A stretch of 64,000 bases of DNA from Paracoccus sp. (in: a-proteobacteria) (GTDB lineage: Bacteria; Pseudomonadota; Alphaproteobacteria; Rhodobacterales; Rhodobacteraceae), in NCBI RefSeq assembly GCF_046462195.1, contig NZ_JBKGUN010000108.1:9628-73627 (forward strand). The letters run 5' to 3'. Positions within the stretch are counted from its first letter, which is position 1; every line of letters begins with the position of its first letter. A program made the translations under genes and the position numbers. Of this stretch, positions 30,322 through 38,421 are shown in pieces. The notes beneath the pieces are model-generated. The model made no database searches. It worked only from the letters and a program-made list of their open reading frames with translations, and was not told the origin of the DNA.

Positions 30322-30780
30322 ATGGCCGGCATGAAATCGCTGAAAAAGCAGCGCCGTATTCAGGTTCTTGCGGCGGCCACGGTTGCCTTGATGGCTGCTG
30401 TTGGGCTGATTGGCTATGGCTTCAGCGACGGAATCAACCTTTACCGTTCACCTACTCAGGTCACCGAGGTGGCGCCCGAGCCGGAAGAGTTCTTCCAGCT
30501 GGGCGGGCTGGTCAAGGAAGGGTCCATCGTCAATGGTGACGGTGTCGCCTTCGACTTTGTCATCACCGACGGTGCCGCCGAGATCCCGGTGTCTTATGTC
30601 GGCGGCGATCCACGTCCGGATCTGTTTACCGAGGGGCAGGGCACCATCGCCAAGGGCTGGTATCGCAACGGACGTTTCGAGGCACGCGACCTGCTGGCCA
30701 AGCATGACGAGACCTATATGCCACGCGAGGTGGTTGAAACGCTGAAGCAGACCGGCGTGTACCAGCAGCCTGGCAGTTGA
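30322..30780 (+). CDS. ccmE: cytochrome c maturation heme chaperone CcmE
   Basis: 152 aa with a membrane anchor, ...FFQLGGLVKEGS... and the heme-binding LAKHDETYMP. The start may be M4 at 30331. Confidence 0.93.
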   Translation: MAGMKSLKKQRRIQVLAAATVALMAAVGLIGYGFSDGINLYRSPTQVTEVAPEPEEFFQLGGLVKEGSIVNGDGVAFDFVITDGAAEIPVSYVGGDPRPDLFTEGQGTIAKGWYRNGRFEARDLLAKHDETYMPREVVETLKQTGVYQQPGS

Positions 30781-30796
30781 TGCAACGCACGCAGGA

Positions 30797-30812
30797 TTAA
30801 CAGGACGTTAAC
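30797..30812 (+). promoter_or_regulatory. perfect CtrA-box consensus TTAA-N7-TTAAC upstream of the endolysin gene
   Basis: The sequence reads TTAAcaggacgTTAAC, about 60 nt upstream of the ATG at 30874. TTAA is rare in this GC-rich DNA. Confidence 0.6.
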
Positions 30813-30873
30813 TGCTGCGCGTCAGCTTGTTCCCCATGCGGCCGATGGCAGGCCGTGGCAGGCGGGGGTTCTC

Positions 30874-31485
30874 ATGAAAAGCGTGGAAGAGATAGCGCGC
30901 GACATCGTTGCGCGCGAAGGAGGGTTCGTCAACGATCCCGACGATCCCGGTGGGGCGACCAACCACGGCGTGACCATTGGCACCCTGCGGGCCCTCGGGA
31001 TGGACGTGAACAAGGACGGGCGCATTGATGTTGCGGATGTCCGTGCACTAACACGCGCGCAGGCCGAACAGGTTTTCATTGAGCATTACTTTCGCAAGCC
31101 CAAGCTGGCCGAACTGCCGGAGCCCCTGCAGGCCAGCATTTTTGACATGTATGTCAATGCGGGGGCGAATGCGGTCAAGATTTTGCAGAAGTTGATCACG
31201 CGGATGGGCTTTCGCGCGACGGCCGACGGGGTTGTCGGTCCTCTGACCATTGCCTCTGCGCAAGAGGCGGTTCAAGCGGCGCCCCTGCACTTGGCTGATG
31301 CCTATGGGATCGCCCGGCGCAATTATTATTATTCTTTGGCGGATCAACGGCCTGCCAGCCGCAAGTTCGCCCGCAGCAAGACAGGCGGGAAGGGCGGCTG
31401 GATCACCCGCGCCGAGGAATTCATCACACCGCGCTATCACCTGTCCGAGGCTGAGCACCGCAAAAGGACCGCCAAATGGGCCTGA
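30874..31485 (+). CDS. GH108-type peptidoglycan hydrolase (endolysin-like N-acetylmuramidase with a PG-binding region)
   Basis: 203 aa with REGGFVNDPDDPGGATNHGVTIGT (GH108 signature) and a C-terminal peptidoglycan-binding-like region. Confidence 0.85.
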   Translation: MKSVEEIARDIVAREGGFVNDPDDPGGATNHGVTIGTLRALGMDVNKDGRIDVADVRALTRAQAEQVFIEHYFRKPKLAELPEPLQASIFDMYVNAGANAVKILQKLITRMGFRATADGVVGPLTIASAQEAVQAAPLHLADAYGIARRNYYYSLADQRPASRKFARSKTGGKGGWITRAEEFITPRYHLSEAEHRKRTAKWA

Positions 31486-32009
31486 TCGACCGTTTCATCG
31501 GGGTTGCCCCGACCGTCACCGCCCTTGGCAGTGCCGCCACTGGCGTCGCCGGAGTGTTTACCCGAAACGCCACCCGTCGGATGGAACTGGACGAGGAAGC
31601 CTATGGCCACGCGATCTCTCAGCATGGTCAGGAATTCGCCGGACCGCATGAAGGATGGTTCGACGGCTTTGTCAACGGGCTGAACCGTCTGCCGCGCCCC
31701 TTGCTGGCCTTGGGCACGATGGGCCTGTTCATCTATGCCATGGTCGAGCCTGCGGGCTTCAGCGTTCGGATGGATGGACTGCAAAGGGTTCCCGAGCCGC
31801 TGTGGTGGTTGTTGGGCGCAATTGTCGGCTTCTACTTTGGCGCGCGCGAGGCGCATTATTTTCGCCATCGCGTCTGGCCCGCGCGCGAGGTCACGGAAAC
31901 GACGACGGGCTTGGTTTCGGAAGCGGCCACCACGGTCGTGGCCAAGCCGGCGGATGACTTCGCCGACAATGCCGCCCTTTGGGACTGGCTGACGACGCTG
32001 CGCGATTAG
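31476..32009 (+). CDS. three-TM holin of the gene-transfer-agent release type
   Basis: 177 aa. Three hydrophobic segments: IGVAPTVTALGSAATGVAGVF, LLALGTMGLFIYAMV, LWWLLGAIVGFYFGA. It overlaps the endolysin gene by 10 nt. The family assignment is from memory of the 3TM GTA-holin family. Confidence 0.7.
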   Translation: MGLIDRFIGVAPTVTALGSAATGVAGVFTRNATRRMELDEEAYGHAISQHGQEFAGPHEGWFDGFVNGLNRLPRPLLALGTMGLFIYAMVEPAGFSVRMDGLQRVPEPLWWLLGAIVGFYFGAREAHYFRHRVWPAREVTETTTGLVSEAATTVVAKPADDFADNAALWDWLTTLRD

Positions 32010-32040
32010 GCCGCAGCCGGACACGCGAAACTGACGTGAT

Positions 32041-32074
32041 AGGACGACGGGAGGACTTTTCCCCCCGCCGTCCT
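32041..32074 (+). terminator. GC-rich hairpin after the holin gene; possible terminator/attenuator before ccmF
   Basis: AGGACGACGGG-loop-CCCGCCGTCCT (one mismatch). There is no clean U-tract. Confidence 0.35.
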
Positions 32075-32108
32075 GTCCTTATGCTGCGGTAACGGAGGAT
32101 TGCCCCTG

Positions 32109-34073
32109 ATGATTGCAGAACTCGGCCATTTTGCCCTGATCCTGGCCTTTGCTGTCGCGCTTTACCAGATGAGCGTGCCGATGGTGGGGGCCGCCAGGGG
32201 CTGGCACGGCTGGATGGACAGCGCGCGGCCTGCCGCATTGGCCCAGTTGGTGCTGATGGTGATCAGCTTCGGGGCGCTGACCATTGCCTTCGTGACCTCG
32301 GATTTCTCGGTCCGGCTGGTTTACGAGCATTCGCACACGGCCAAGCCGATGATCTACAAGATCAGCGGCGTTTGGGGCAATCACGAGGGCTCGATGCTGT
32401 TGTGGGTCCTGATCCTGGCGGCCTTTGGCGCGGCAGCGGCCCTCTTCGGCACGAACCTGCCGCCCAGCCTGCGGGCGCGTGTCCTGGGGGTACAGGCCTC
32501 GATCAGCGTGGCTTTTTATGCCTTCATCATCTTCACGTCGAACCCGTTCTGGCGCATGGGAAACCCGCCCTTCGACGGACGCGACCTGAACCCGCTGCTG
32601 CAGGACCCCGGCTTGGCGTTCCACCCGCCGTTCCTTTATCTCGGCTATGTAGGCCTTTCGATGGCCTTCAGCTTTGCCGTCGCCGCGCTGATCGAGGGGC
32701 GGGTGGATGCGGCTTGGGCCCGCTGGGTGCGTCCCTGGACGCTGGCGGCCTGGGTGTTCCTGACGATCGGCATCGCGCTCGGCTCTTGGTGGGCTTATTA
32801 TGAATTGGGTTGGGGCGGGTTCTGGTTCTGGGATCCGGTCGAGAATGCCAGCTTCATGCCTTGGCTTCTGGCTGCTGCGCTGCTGCATTCCGCCATTGTT
32901 GTCGAAAAGCGTGAAGCACTGAAAAGCTGGACCATCCTTCTGGCGATCATGGCTTTCGGTTTTTCGCTCATCGGCACCTTCATCGTCCGCTCGGGCGTCA
33001 TCACCTCGGTTCACAGCTTTGCCAATGATCCCGAGCGCGGGATCTTCATCCTCGCGATCCTTGCAATCTTTGTCGGCGGTGCCCTGACGCTCTATGCCTT
33101 CCGTGCGGCAGAGATGACGGCCAAGGGGGTCTTCGCGCCCTTGTCTCGCGAAGGGGCGCTGGTGCTGAACAATGTTCTTCTGGCTGTCGCGGCCTTTGTG
33201 GTGTTCATCGGCACCATCTGGCCACTGGTGGCCGAAATGGTCTGGGGCCGGGTTCTGTCCGTTGGCCCCCCGTTCTTCAACCAGGCCTTCACGCCCTTCA
33301 TGATCGCCTTGGCGCTGGCGTTGCCGCTGGGTTCCCTCATGCCCTGGAAGCGCGCGCGTCTGAAGGCGGCAATGCGGCCGCTGCGAGGCGCGCTGGTCCT
33401 GACGGCGGCAGTGATGGTGCTTGTTTATGCCGTATCGACGGGGCGTTCCGCTCTGGCCGTCATCGGTGCAGGGCTGGGGGCATGGCTGGTCTTTGGCGCA
33501 CTGGCCGAACTGTGGCTGAGAACCGGCAGTTCCGGCGCTGCGCGCCTGCTGCGGCTGCCCCGTGCGGATTGGGGCAAGGCCGTGGCCCATGGCGGCCTGG
33601 GGATCACCTTCATCGCGGTGGCCCTGATCCAAGCCTGGCAGATCGAGGATGTGCGCGTGGCCGAGATTGATCAACCTTTCAGCGTGGGCGCCTATGAACT
33701 GACCCTGCGCGAGGTGCGGCGGGCGGACGGGCCGAACTATCTGGCCCAGCAGGCTGTCGTTGATGTTCAGCGCGACGGCAGCCCGGTGGCCACGCTGATG
33801 CCGGAAAAGCGTGTCTATCCGGTACAGGGCATGCCCACCACCGAAGCAGCCATCGACTATGGGTTCTGGCGCGATGTTTACGTGGTGCTGGGGGATCAGC
33901 AGCCGAACGGGGGTTGGGCGGTGCGAACCTATATCAAGCCTTTTGCAAACTGGATCTGGGGCGGGTCGATCCTGATGGCTCTTGGAGGGCTGATCAGCCT
34001 GACTGACAGGCGTTATCGCGTGGCAGCAGGCGCGGCGCGTCAGGGCCGCTCCGACGCGGTCCCGGCCGAATGA
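32109..34073 (+). CDS. ccmF: cytochrome c heme lyase subunit CcmF
   Basis: ~654 aa polytopic protein with ...ISGVWGNHEGSMLLWV... (WWD-type motif region). ATG at 32109 lies 10 nt after GGAGGA. Confidence 0.93.
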   Translation: MIAELGHFALILAFAVALYQMSVPMVGAARGWHGWMDSARPAALAQLVLMVISFGALTIAFVTSDFSVRLVYEHSHTAKPMIYKISGVWGNHEGSMLLWVLILAAFGAAAALFGTNLPPSLRARVLGVQASISVAFYAFIIFTSNPFWRMGNPPFDGRDLNPLLQDPGLAFHPPFLYLGYVGLSMAFSFAVAALIEGRVDAAWARWVRPWTLAAWVFLTIGIALGSWWAYYELGWGGFWFWDPVENASFMPWLLAAALLHSAIVVEKREALKSWTILLAIMAFGFSLIGTFIVRSGVITSVHSFANDPERGIFILAILAIFVGGALTLYAFRAAEMTAKGVFAPLSREGALVLNNVLLAVAAFVVFIGTIWPLVAEMVWGRVLSVGPPFFNQAFTPFMIALALALPLGSLMPWKRARLKAAMRPLRGALVLTAAVMVLVYAVSTGRSALAVIGAGLGAWLVFGALAELWLRTGSSGAARLLRLPRADWGKAVAHGGLGITFIAVALIQAWQIEDVRVAEIDQPFSVGAYELTLREVRRADGPNYLAQQAVVDVQRDGSPVATLMPEKRVYPVQGMPTTEAAIDYGFWRDVYVVLGDQQPNGGWAVRTYIKPFANWIWGGSILMALGGLISLTDRRYRVAAGAARQGRSDAVPAE

Positions 34074-34540
34074 AGGCCGCGCTTCAGAGGGCTGCTCTTG
34101 TCGCGGCGCTTGCCGTTGCGCCAATGGCTGCAATGGCCGTGCAGCCGGACGAGGTGCTGGCTGACGGCGCACTGGAGGCGCGGGCAAGAGAGATTTCTCA
34201 GCGCCTGCGCTGCCCCGTCTGTCAAGGCGAGAACATCGATGAATCGAACGCCCCCATCAGCCGCGACCTGCGTCTTTATGTGCGCGAAAGGCTGGTCGAT
34301 GGCGACAGCAATGCCGAAGTGATCGATGCGGTCGTGGAGCGTTATGGCGAATTCGTGCTGTTCGACCCCCGTGCCACCGGAAGCAACCTGATCCTCTGGC
34401 TGGCCGGGCCCTTGATGGCGCTGATTGCGGCCATTGTTGCCATGCGCTTCTTGCGTTCGCGTAACACAAGCGCTGTGCCGGTCGATGACCTGGATGCCGA
34501 TGAACAGAAGCGCCTTGACGAGATCATGCGCGGCCCCTGA
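34070..34540 (+). CDS. ccmH: cytochrome c-type biogenesis protein CcmH
   Basis: 156 aa with a signal peptide, LRCPVCQGENIDESNA (CxxC) and a C-terminal TM. ATGA overlap with ccmF. Confidence 0.92.
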   Translation: MKAALQRAALVAALAVAPMAAMAVQPDEVLADGALEARAREISQRLRCPVCQGENIDESNAPISRDLRLYVRERLVDGDSNAEVIDAVVERYGEFVLFDPRATGSNLILWLAGPLMALIAAIVAMRFLRSRNTSAVPVDDLDADEQKRLDEIMRGP

Positions 34541-34602
34541 CGCAGGGTCGTGCTTTCCCCGTGACGGATATGAGGCATGATCCCTGAAACAGGAGGGGAC
34601 CC

Positions 34603-35373
34603 ATGAGCTTCGACACCATCCGCTTCGAGACTGCCGCAGGCGTTGCCACGCTGACCCTGAACCGGCCTGCCGTCATGAACGCGTTGAACAGCCGCATGCG
34701 GGCCGAGATCACGGAAGCACTGACGACGCTGTCCGGTGATGTCCGCTGCGTCGTCCTGACCGGCGAGGGACGGGGATTCTGTTCGGGTCAGGATCTGGCG
34801 GATGCCAGTGCGGCGATCGATCTGGAGGCGACGCTGCGGGATGAATACGAGCCGATGCTGCGCGCCATCAAGAAATGCCCGGCGCCTGTCATCGCGGCCG
34901 TGAACGGGGTCGCTGCAGGGGCAGGGGCAAACTTGGCCCTGGCGGCCGACATCGTCATTGCGACCGAAAGCGCCAGCTTCATCCAGGCCTTTGCCCGTAT
35001 CGGGCTGATCCCCGACGCAGGGGGCACATGGATCATTCCGCGCCTGACGGGAACGGCCCGTGCCATGGGCATGATGCTGCTGGCGGACACTGTCGGTGCG
35101 CGACAGGCGGCCGACTGGGGCCTGATCTGGCAAACCCTGCCGGATGCCGATTTCGGCAACGGGGTCGCTGAAACGGCGCGGAGACTGGCGGCGGGTCCGA
35201 CAGGAGCCTTTCTGGCCATCCGCGAAGCGGTCGCGGCGTCGTCCGCAAACGGGCTGGAGGCACAACTGGCGCTGGAGGCACGGTTGCAAGGGCGGGCCGG
35301 ACGCAGTGGCGACTTCGTGGAAGGGGTCAATGCTTTCCTGCAGAAGCGGCCTCCGGTGTTTACCGGACGTTGA
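34603..35373 (+). CDS. enoyl-CoA hydratase/isomerase family protein
   Basis: 256 aa with ...ATLTLNRPAVMNALN...VVLTGEGRGFCSGQDL...AAVNGVAAGAGANLALAADI.... Confidence 0.88.
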   Translation: MSFDTIRFETAAGVATLTLNRPAVMNALNSRMRAEITEALTTLSGDVRCVVLTGEGRGFCSGQDLADASAAIDLEATLRDEYEPMLRAIKKCPAPVIAAVNGVAAGAGANLALAADIVIATESASFIQAFARIGLIPDAGGTWIIPRLTGTARAMGMMLLADTVGARQAADWGLIWQTLPDADFGNGVAETARRLAAGPTGAFLAIREAVAASSANGLEAQLALEARLQGRAGRSGDFVEGVNAFLQKRPPVFTGR

Positions 35374-36075
35374 TCAGGCGATCTGGCAAAAGCGGGGTGC
35401 CGGGCCACGATTGTCAAAGAAAGGAACCGTTGCCGGCGCCGGCAAGGGTTCTTCCGGTTCCAGTCCGGCAACCAGCTGCTGAAGTTCGGCGAGAACAACT
35501 TCGGTGATGAACGGCAGGTCGAGATCACGGGCCTCGGAAAGCGGAACCCAATGCAGATGCGAAAGCTCGTCGCAGGCACGGCCAAAATCGTCCGGGTCGC
35601 CGCTGATGTCGCATGCGTCCAGCACAAAGAAATGGGCGTCGAAACGCCTCGGCCGTCCCGGAGGCGTGATGGCCCGAAACAGATAGGTCAGGGCACCGGC
35701 ATCAGGAGACAGTCCCTCCTCGTGGTAGCCGGGCCATTCGCAAGGCGGTCCATCCTTTCGCCCCACAAGAAGGCCGGTCTCCTCGGCCAGTTCACGCAAG
35801 GCTGCGGCTGCGATGGCATCGGGATCGACAGGCATGTCTGCGCGGGGTTCAGCCATCAGGCGCTGGTGGCAGGTTCGGCGCAAGGGGCGGGCCAAGGCAG
35901 CACCCGTATCTCCCGGATCGATTGCGCCGCCGGGGAACACGAACTTTGATGGCATAAAGGCAGCCGCGGCCCCGCGCATTCCCATAAGCACGGAAGCGGT
36001 CCCCCCTTGGCGGCGCAGCACAAGAACAGAGGCCGCGTCACGGATCGCAAGCGGGGACCGGTCTTCCACGTTCAT
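35374..36075 (-). CDS. NUDIX hydrolase
   Basis: ATG at 36075 (MNVEDRSPLAIRDAASVLVL...FVFPGGAIDPGD...LRELAEETGL, a Nudix-box-like motif). ATGA overlap with the upstream DUF983 gene. The rest of track ORF 35374..36348 is rejected. Confidence 0.75.
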   Translation of the reverse strand: MNVEDRSPLAIRDAASVLVLRRQGGTASVLMGMRGAAAAFMPSKFVFPGGAIDPGDTGAALARPLRRTCHQRLMAEPRADMPVDPDAIAAAALRELAEETGLLVGRKDGPPCEWPGYHEEGLSPDAGALTYLFRAITPPGRPRRFDAHFFVLDACDISGDPDDFGRACDELSHLHWVPLSEARDLDLPFITEVVLAELQQLVAGLEPEEPLPAPATVPFFDNRGPAPRFCQIA

Positions 36076-36488
36076 GCGCCAGCGCTGCCACGGCGGTCGT
36101 CGAACCCGTGCATCCGCCGGGCCCACTGGAAGCCGACCATGGCGCCCTTGATCGCGGGCAGCATCGCCAGCGACAGGATGATCGATCCGATCCCGAAGCT
36201 CAGCAGCATCGTCATGGCACTGGGCCGCCAGGCGACAAAGCACGCCAGCAGCAAGGGGGCGCCCAAGTGCGAGACGATCAGGATCGTCAGATAGGCAGGC
36301 CCATCGTCGGCCTGCTGATGATGCAGCGCCTCGTTGCAATGGGGGCAATGGTCCGCCACCTTCAGAAAGCTCGAGAACAGCCGCCCTTCACCGCAGGCCG
36401 GGCATCGCCCGCGCGCGCCGCGCATCATGGCCTGACCGGTGGGACGTTCCGTTGCGTCGTCCGCCAATGTGCCTTGCAGTTGCGTCAT
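36072..36488 (-). CDS. DUF983-family membrane protein (zinc-ribbon N-terminus)
   Basis: 138 aa with GRCPACGEGRLFSSFLKVADHCPHCNE followed by two TM segments. Confidence 0.8.
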   Translation of the reverse strand: MTQLQGTLADDATERPTGQAMMRGARGRCPACGEGRLFSSFLKVADHCPHCNEALHHQQADDGPAYLTILIVSHLGAPLLLACFVAWRPSAMTMLLSFGIGSIILSLAMLPAIKGAMVGFQWARRMHGFDDRRGSAGA

Positions 36489-36572
36489 CCGGATGCTCCT
36501 TGCCGAAAGAGGCGACTGCCGCGCCTCGACGCGTCCAATCTAGGCAATCGATGCGCACTTTGAAAGTGCTAC

Positions 36573-37964
36573 TCAGGCGGCCTGATTGGAGGGGCTGCAC
36601 ATGACGCAGTTGCGTCCTGCAACCTTGGCGGCCAACAAGGCCTGATCTGCGCGCTCCAGCGCAGCGCGCGTCACCTGTTCGATCTCGGTGCAACCCCGGG
36701 ACGGAGTGACCAACGCCGCCCCGACCGAAGCGGTGACGCTCAGGCTCTGGCCGCCCGGCATGCTGCCCAAGGCGACCGGGCGGGCTTCGATGGACTTGCG
36801 CAACGTTTCGGCAGTCTTGCGGGCCATGGCATCCGTGCAGCGGAACAGGACAGCCAGGAACTCTTCTCCGCCCATGCGCGCCACCATTCCCTCCGACCCA
36901 AGGGCAGAGCGAAGCCGCTGTGCAACCTCGGCCAGGACCATGTCGCCGGCGCTGTGCCCGTGACAGTCGTTGATGGCCTTGAAGTGATCGAGGTCGATCG
37001 CGAAGACCGCGAAGCTCTGGCCGGCCCCCAGCGCATCCTGAGCAATGTCGTCCAGCTTGGGCAGGGCATAGCGGCGGTTGTAAAGCCCGGTCAGAGGGTC
37101 GGTCATCGACCACAGCATGTGGCGCTGAATCTCGGCGCGGCGCTGGTCGCTTTGCGATTTGCGTGACAGAAGCGTTTGCAGCGACATGGCTGCAGCCTGC
37201 GCATCCTCGGGCGTGGCCAAGGTGTCCGACATCACGTCTCCCGCTCCGAGGTCCAGGGCCATCGGTGACAGATCGCCCCGTTCCGGTGCAAGGGCGACGA
37301 CGAATCCCGCGTCCCGCGAGCCTTGGCGCGACCGCAGTTCCGACATCAGGCGCAGGCCGTCGCCCTTGCCGCGGATATCGGCCGAAATGACGTAAAGATC
37401 GGCAGTACGGCCAGCCGTGGCCGAGCCGAGGGCCGTGTCCGGATCACGGATCTCGAAACGGCAGTTCATCCGGTGTTCGAGCGACTGGCGCCAGCAGACG
37501 GCACGACCCATCGTGTCTGCCACCAAGGCCACTAGCGGGCGCCGGTCGTGGTGGAAAGGTGTCGCCTCTTCGGCCAGCCCCATCCCGGTGTCCTGTGGCT
37601 GTGCCACGTCCCGCAACAGGCCCCGCACACGGGCCATCAGCATCTGCGTCTCCACCCGGGGATCCAGGATTGCCGTTGCGCCGGCCTCCAGCGCCTCGAG
37701 ACGCGCCGAGGCATTGACCATCATGAGGATCGGGATGCCCGCATGATCCGGATCACCGGCCAGTCGCGCGCAAAGCGCCATGGAGGAGCCATCCGCAACG
37801 TCATGTCCCAGGATGATCAGGTCCGGCCGGGCGAGCTGCAATTGCTGATGAAGTTCCTGGGCCGTGCCGACGGCAACCACGTCATAGCAGACCGCGCTGA
37901 GACGGGCCTTGACCATGACCCTGGCAGTCGAGATGCCATCAGCCACTAAGATACGTGCCGTCAT
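36573..37964 (-). CDS. PleD-like diguanylate cyclase (REC-like / REC-like / GGDEF)
   Basis: 463 aa, collinear with Caulobacter PleD as I recall its sequence. The N-terminus is MTARILVADG...; the C-terminus has DPLTGLYNRRY...DLDHFKAINDCHGHSAGD...ARMGGEEFL. Confidence 0.85.
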   Translation of the reverse strand: MTARILVADGISTARVMVKARLSAVCYDVVAVGTAQELHQQLQLARPDLIILGHDVADGSSMALCARLAGDPDHAGIPILMMVNASARLEALEAGATAILDPRVETQMLMARVRGLLRDVAQPQDTGMGLAEEATPFHHDRRPLVALVADTMGRAVCWRQSLEHRMNCRFEIRDPDTALGSATAGRTADLYVISADIRGKGDGLRLMSELRSRQGSRDAGFVVALAPERGDLSPMALDLGAGDVMSDTLATPEDAQAAAMSLQTLLSRKSQSDQRRAEIQRHMLWSMTDPLTGLYNRRYALPKLDDIAQDALGAGQSFAVFAIDLDHFKAINDCHGHSAGDMVLAEVAQRLRSALGSEGMVARMGGEEFLAVLFRCTDAMARKTAETLRKSIEARPVALGSMPGGQSLSVTASVGAALVTPSRGCTEIEQVTRAALERADQALLAAKVAGRNCVMCSPSNQAA

Positions 37965-38073
37965 TTGTACATCCAGCGAGTCTTGACACCTGGGATCGAA
38001 GATGAAGGAAAATGTTTAATAAATTGTTTCCCATTTTACCGGCGTCGTTGACGTGCGGGACAAGGATCATCCT

Positions 38074-38364
38074 ATGGCAATCACGATCGAACGCGCGCAG
38101 GAGCTTGCGCAGGACATTCTTCTGGCACTGGCCGAACAGCCCGAGGAACTGGTGCGTTTTATGGAAACGGCAGGGCTGCAGGTTTCCGATCTGCGGGAAC
38201 TGTCGAACCGGCCCGAGATCGCGGTGTTCCTGCTGGATTTTCTGGTGGAAGACGATGAAAGGCTTCTTGCCTTTGCCCAAGCCCTGAATCTGCGTCCGCA
38301 GGACGTCATGGCGGCGCGCACGGCCTTGTCCGGCCCGGGCAGCTTTGGATGGACGGTCGACTAG
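38074..38364 (+). CDS. DUF3572-family protein
   Basis: MAITIERAQELAQDILLALAEQPEELVRFMETAGL.... ATG at 38074 follows AAGGA. The track ORF starts at GTG 38053. Divergent from the PleD-like gene. Confidence 0.7.
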   Translation: MAITIERAQELAQDILLALAEQPEELVRFMETAGLQVSDLRELSNRPEIAVFLLDFLVEDDERLLAFAQALNLRPQDVMAARTALSGPGSFGWTVD

Positions 38365-38421
38365 CCGTTTTCCCAATCTTTACCTCTTGGCCCTAGTCTC
38401 GAAACGAATCGAGGTAAGGGC

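Noticed and set aside
30874-32009. Endolysin/holin pair as evidence of a prophage or mobile element in this window
   Set aside because: No integrase, terminase, capsid or tail genes, att-like repeats or tRNA flank it, and the neighbours are core ccm genes. It is better explained as a domesticated, GTA-associated lysis module.
32079-34187. 702-aa minus-strand ORF overlapping ccmF
   Set aside because: It is antisense to CcmF. It is Arg/Pro/Gln/His-rich with no domains. The same reasoning rejects 10401..11864(-), 22707..24128(+), 27351..29258(-), 40918..42381(+), 44042..45913(-), 52653..54152(+) and similar shadow ORFs.
38016-38030. TTAA-N7-TTTC in the PleD-like/DUF3572 divergent promoter region; possible CtrA site
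   Set aside because: Only one half-site matches the consensus, and the patch is AT-rich, so a chance match is likely. It is not comparable to the perfect box at 30797-30812.
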